In this document: positions 59,055 through 64,000 of the stretch, in pieces
Numbering within the stretch: the first letter of the stretch is position 1
Layout of the letters: each line of letters starts with the position of its first letter
DNA from: Laetmonice hystrix
Taxonomy: Eukaryota
Length of the DNA stretch: 64,000 nucleotides
Direction: 5' to 3'
NCBI GenBank assembly: GCA_965235115.1
Contig: OZ249436.1
Location: 53,074,001 to 53,138,000 of the forward strand
The notes under the pieces: model-generated
Seen by the model: only the letters and a program-made list of their open reading frames with translations
Database searches by the model: none
What the model was told of the DNA's origin: nothing
Translations under genes and position numbers: made by a program

Positions 59055-59408
59055 CAGGGCTCAAAAAATCGCGTGCCCATGGGCACCTAAATTTTTATCA
59101 GGGCACCTAAAAAAGGATTTTGTCACAAAAATAGTGCCCGGTTCAAATGACCCAAGCCAGTGCACGACATCATTACAAACATGCATGTACTCATGTCGAC
59201 AGTATGACAATATGAAGTTATGGGTGACTTGGTCCTTTATCTAATATGCAGTGTTATTTTCTACTTTTCAATAAAATATCAACCTTAGAAATTGATACAA
59301 ATATGGCTGGGCACCAACTCAGAATTGCCGGGCACCAAGAATTCTAATATGAGGGGAAACTAGGTGCCCGACAGGGCACCAAGCCTTCGGAAAAATTTTC
59401 GACCCAGG
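59055..59408. mobile_element. hAT-like MITE; a left-end fragment of the same family lies at 2456-2580
   Basis: CAGGGCTC(A/G)AAAAATCGC...GTGCCCATGGGCACCTAAATTTTTATCAGGGCAC shared between 2456 and 59055; GGGCACC subterminal repeats. Confidence 0.65.
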
Positions 59409-60798
59409 CTGTGTTAGTGTGATACCTTGTTACAGCCCTTATAAAGTTATATTACATTGAGAAAATGCCCAACATGTCCACCCCTCGCAAAATCCACCCA
59501 GCCATGTCTGCCCCACCCTGCCGCCTGTGTTCCCGGCATGTCCAAACCAGTGTCGCGGTCGGTTTTCTCCACGGGTCTGTAATCTCCAGGTGCATGGTTT
59601 CCTATTGTATAGAGGCCGACCCTGACGGGGTGAGCACGCGCGTGTCACACTTTGGGCTCGCACCTCCGGTCGTCTGCTAGCTGATGGGCGGTGGAGTTTT
59701 CTTCCAAACAGCAATAAACGACAGCCTGGATAGGCAAATTGTGGACCAAAACTGATGGAGGAGAAAGGGGTTATTACGCGAGACTCAATCCAGACCAGAT
59801 ATTTCGGATAGTTTACCGAGAACGATACAAATACACATGACTCTGCAGCCCACCTCCCGGAGATTTCGGCCTATCAAACCCAGGGAGCCATTTCAGACAT
59901 CAGAAGACCTGGGTGGAAAATGGGGAAAAATTTAATTAAGTTTCCCTGCAGGGAAAAGTCAGGGAATTTGAACAGGTCTCCGGTCCAGGTTCAAGTCAGC
60001 ATCATGCAATATTAATATTATTATACGGCCTAGCCTAACTAGGAATTAAAATTAAAACACTGAATTACCAAAAGCCTTATAACTCATGAAAATGCATGTA
60101 TTTTGATGTAGATACATATATGTTTATAAGCCTGAATAGGCTATTTCTCTTAGGCTAAACATTTGATTATAGATCCTGAATTTTTTTTCCAATTTGCCTC
60201 AAAATTGAGATTAACTGGAACAAAGTGTACATGTAAATCCACGTGTCATTTCCCTCATGCATGTCTTAAAACATTCACTCATCGTACTCTCACATCTCTG
60301 GTGGCGCAACCCTTTGAAAAAGAAGGTGATACTATGACTTATGGGTTGGGTGGTAGCCTGGACAATCTGTTGTAATTTATGTCATTTTGCCTCTGGATCA
60401 CAAGTTTCATGTGTACTTTAGGCTATCAGAGATATTTATGCGAACTTTCAGGTCCGGGGTCACTAGAGCTGACACTTCACATTGTCTATTTTGGTTGTCC
60501 TCGGGCCCATGAGCAGTCAAGGAGGCAGCATACATTTTATAATCTTGACTACACTTGGTGCACTCTCCGTTTCCTTTTAAATTCTCTCGAATTCGCCATC
60601 TTTCTAATCCGCTCGAATGCTTTTTGGGCATTCTGAGAAACACCTAGGATAAAGACCTTCGTTTGCCTCAATCATGGCTATCTATTCCTATCTAACTAAG
60701 TCGCAGTCAAGCCAACGATAAGAATACCCGTCATCTCTGCCCCTTCCCTTCTCAGCCCAGTATTCTCTGCCCCCCCCCCCCCCCCGGATCTAACATAT

Positions 60799-61311
60799 TT
60801 TTTTTATTAAACATATTTACCCAGGGTATCCCACTCGGCTGGGCGCCGTTACAAATGCAGGGTCCTGCACGGAGTGCATTGAGCTGCATTAACTTAATAA
60901 ATTTAAAGAGATAGTTGCTGGAACAAGTACATAGTTACATACAAGCATAGATGCTACATAAAACATACATACAGTGTATTGATCATATTTCATAGCATGA
61001 GTTCACAATACATTACCAGGGGAACATAGCATATAAACATTAAATAATACATAGTTTGATAATTTACCAGTGGACAGGTGGACGGTTGTTATCTGATAAG
61101 AACATATTAGTATAGTACCTTTTAATTTGGAACTTGAATTCATCAAGGTCATTTATGCATCTGATATGAGTTGGAAGATTATTCCATATCACAGATTTAT
61201 AATAGCAGTTCGATTTTTTAAATTGCTCAGTTTTTGGTAGTGGAACATCAAGTAGGATACCGTCGAGTGCTCTAGTTCGAATATCTTTTCTGTTTGCCGC
61301 CAGGCAATACT
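60799..61311 (-). mobile_element. 5'-truncated LINE (CR1/L2-like) 3' end
   Basis: RTRALDGILLDVPLPKTEQFKKSNCYYKSVIWNNLPTHIRCINDLDEFKFQIKRY is a typical ORF2 C-terminus, followed by a 3' UTR and AATAAA/A-rich tail; a similar tail motif occurs near 3118-3140. Confidence 0.8.
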
Positions 61312-62386
61312 TGATGGGGAAAAATTTAATTAAGTTTCCCTGCAGGAAAAAGTCAGGGAATTTGAACATTTGGGGAAAGTCAGGGGAAAGTTGGGGAATT
61401 TCTTTGTGCAAGGCTACTGGCAATGTTGCACTGTGTACATAACCACTGTGCAGATACATTCATGGATTTTTCTTACAAAATCACACTGTACTATGTCAAA
61501 ACGGAATTGGGAAACCGCTTCCCTCAGAGCCTATGTTGTATGAACCCATATAAATCATATTAAAGATTTCTAATACTACTAATACTATGAAGTGTATTCT
61601 CTTGTATGACTATGTGGGTGGATTGGATGGCTATAAGGGGTGATGAGGAGGCCATGTGATAACAGAGAATCAGGGAAAATTGGTGAAGTGTCAGGGAATT
61701 TAAAATGCAAAATCATGTAGACGCCCTGTCTTAGTCTTAACATAAAACAATAATGATGTATGACCAATACAATCTATGCTCGCACTAAGATTTTTTTCCA
61801 CTTTAGCCATTAAAACAGGACAAAACCCTTTAACCAGATTCTACGAACTTTAGCCAGAAACTTTTTAGGATGAACGTAACCCCAATAGCTTATAAAGCAT
61901 CCTATAACATGATCATCTGGGAATACAAATATATTAGATTGTTGGTAAAGGGACACATAGATAAATATATTTCCGAGTAAAGAGGGCAGAACCTCAATAT
62001 TTTGATGCTGCGGGTGACCAGTCAATCAACTTAAAGACCGTGATGTAGGAGTATTGACGTACTTTTAACATAACACTGAACATTGATAATTATAACTGAA
62101 AGTGGTAAGAAGCTTGAAGACAGAAATTCTGTCCAGGATCAAGAAGCGTAGACTGCTTGTGTCATGCAGAAGTATTAAGCAATGGTTCTTGGTCGTTACT
62201 TTGGGTCATGATGATTATGATATATGGAGTGGACACACAGACATTGTGACGAGTTTTTATGAGATTTAAGAACATAAGCCCCCCCCCCCCCACCCACCCA
62301 CACCCACACACACAGTTCATTTCAAAAAGATGTGTGTAGGGGGGAGGGTCCATTGTCCTGCTCGACCACCAAAGCTCCTTTTTTTA

Positions 62387-62480
62387 GGGGAGTGGCGGTG
62401 GCCTAGTGGGCATGGATGTCGACACCTTATGCTATGCGAATGGGTGCAGTAATCTTAGGGCATGGGTTCGATTCCTGTAG
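62387..62480 (+). mobile_element. tRNA-derived SINE head (Pol III A/B boxes)
   Basis: A box TGGCCTAGTGG, B box GGTTCGATTCC; no cloverleaf. Confidence 0.55.
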
Positions 62481-64000
62481 AAGACTATACAACTTTTCTC
62501 TTTAGGGACATTGTCAAAGTAATTGGGTTACCCCTGATGCCCGTGCATTTTCAAAAGAAAATACAGTCTTTGAAGCTGCTCTATGAAACGGAAGGCCAGA
62601 AATGAAAATAGAAAAGACAATCCTAGATTTCACAGAAAAAGTCCCGTGGTCGTGTGGACGACGTTGATGATTCAGATCTATCTGAGCTAGAGCTGTGTCA
62701 TAGCGACATCATAATCATGAGCTACTCGGGTGCAGCAGACCATGTCCGCCACAACAGTTCCAAGGTCTTGTATGGTGGGTTGAGATCGTTACCACCAGTT
62801 ACTGTGCTAATAGTGCTACTATTGTTAACACCAGGTGTCAGCACAAGTACGAGGCAGGGCCCCCTCAGTCACAGAGTGCACGCCTGCCATTGGCATGGCC
62901 AGGAAGGGATCCTATTGATCTCAGGGCTGGGTTATTTAATAGTAGCACAGTGAAACAGCCAGCAAGGCACGATAATACGTGAAACATAGAGGAGAAACTG
63001 GGATACCGATCTAATATTACTACAGACGGTTCTTGAGGCCAGATTCAACCAAGGCAGTTTTTCTGAGAGTTGCTATACAGACGGAAACCTCAAGTGATAT
63101 TCAATTACAGTGATAATCGATGATTTGTTGCAAGAATTCTTACAAGAGTTCTTTGCAGTGCTAGATGATTTAGAAGGTATACTTGTACATTCTCTAGATC
63201 AGTACCAAGCAGCCAGATAGAAAACACGGTAAATTTAGGTCAGAGAACAAAAGAAGGATATATCGAAACGTCCGTATTTGTCCAAGCATGTTTACCTGAC
63301 CTGTATTAAGCTTTAGATCCTGCTACGCAGAGATGTTTCATGGGAAGGGACGGGCAGAGAAAAAGTGTAGGATTATGGATCACACATATATAGTCGTTAT
63401 TGCCATCAGCATGCAATGAAATATCATTGGCAGGAAAATAAACAGATAATTTTTAAAATATTGCTTTGGGGAAAAAATCCCCCCGTTTCTGGTGTATCTA
63501 TCTGGTGCCAGACATGTTCGACATTATCAGGACATGTATAGAATTGATGGGGTACAAATTCCAAAATCGTCAGCTTACAAACGTCAAAAAAGGGTTTGGA
63601 AATTTGATCTATTGAGGTCCATCACTTTCTTTGGTGCAAACATTCTTGAGCATTCCTGACTCACCTGTTTTAGTGTTACTAATATTTCTTGATGGTCAGC
63701 ATTTATAAATTATTTGTGAATATTGTTAGCCACCAAAATTCTGAAAAAGAAACATGAGGATGTGATATCATAAATGTCATCAAAACGTCGGCTGGCCATC
63801 TCCATAGCCTGGGACCACTTGAGATTGAATGGCTACTTCATCAAACTGTTTATTTCACTGAGAGAATATACAGTGTATGTGATTTTACAATGAGTTAGAT
63901 GTTTTTGTGATGTCCAAGTTTGTACTGATAATTGTAAGAAGGCTTTGTCTAAGAGAAACGGCAGAAGATTATGGATTTCATTTTCATTTCATTAAAAATG

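Noticed and set aside
59920..61370. 55-bp direct repeat (59920 and 61314) as LTRs or a TSD around the LINE fragment
   Set aside because: Both are pieces of a dispersed CAGGGAA-rich repeat (related motifs near 20095 and 61670); no LTR termini, and they do not abut both LINE ends.
58445..64000. Tetraspanin exon 2 (expected xxGxGxWAWxEK)
   Set aside because: No matching phase-0 exon found; probably beyond the window.

Overview
Eukaryotic (intron-rich, repeat-rich invertebrate-animal-like) genomic DNA, not prokaryotic. Most ORFs in the supplied track are spurious. Host genes reconstructed by reading splice sites and phases: (1) a 16-exon FAM149-family (FAM149B1-like, DUF3719) gene on + (19458-39835, 652 aa), which needs two GC-AG introns; (2) a 2-exon 140-aa hydrophobic protein on - (55962-57833), head-to-head with (3) the first coding exon of a TspanC8-type tetraspanin on + (58358-58444); (4) a probable signal-peptide first exon of an unidentified minus-strand gene (15227-15515). 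The rest is dense with transposons. The main one is a 9.9-kb DIRS tyrosine-recombinase retrotransposon (42362-52225) whose inverted terminal repeats and internal complementary region are near-perfect while its ORFs are decayed. It carries three nested DNA-transposon insertions, one of which holds a phase-consistent spliced ORF. Also present: a 3.4-kb Academ-like foldback palindrome with an inverted minisatellite core, Kolobok-, hAT-, Harbinger-, Tc1/mariner-, CACTA- and Ginger-type MITEs, a LINE 3' end, tRNA-derived SINE heads and tandem arrays (85, 52, 41 and 9 bp units). No CRISPR array. All family assignments come from motif recognition by eye, with no database searches.
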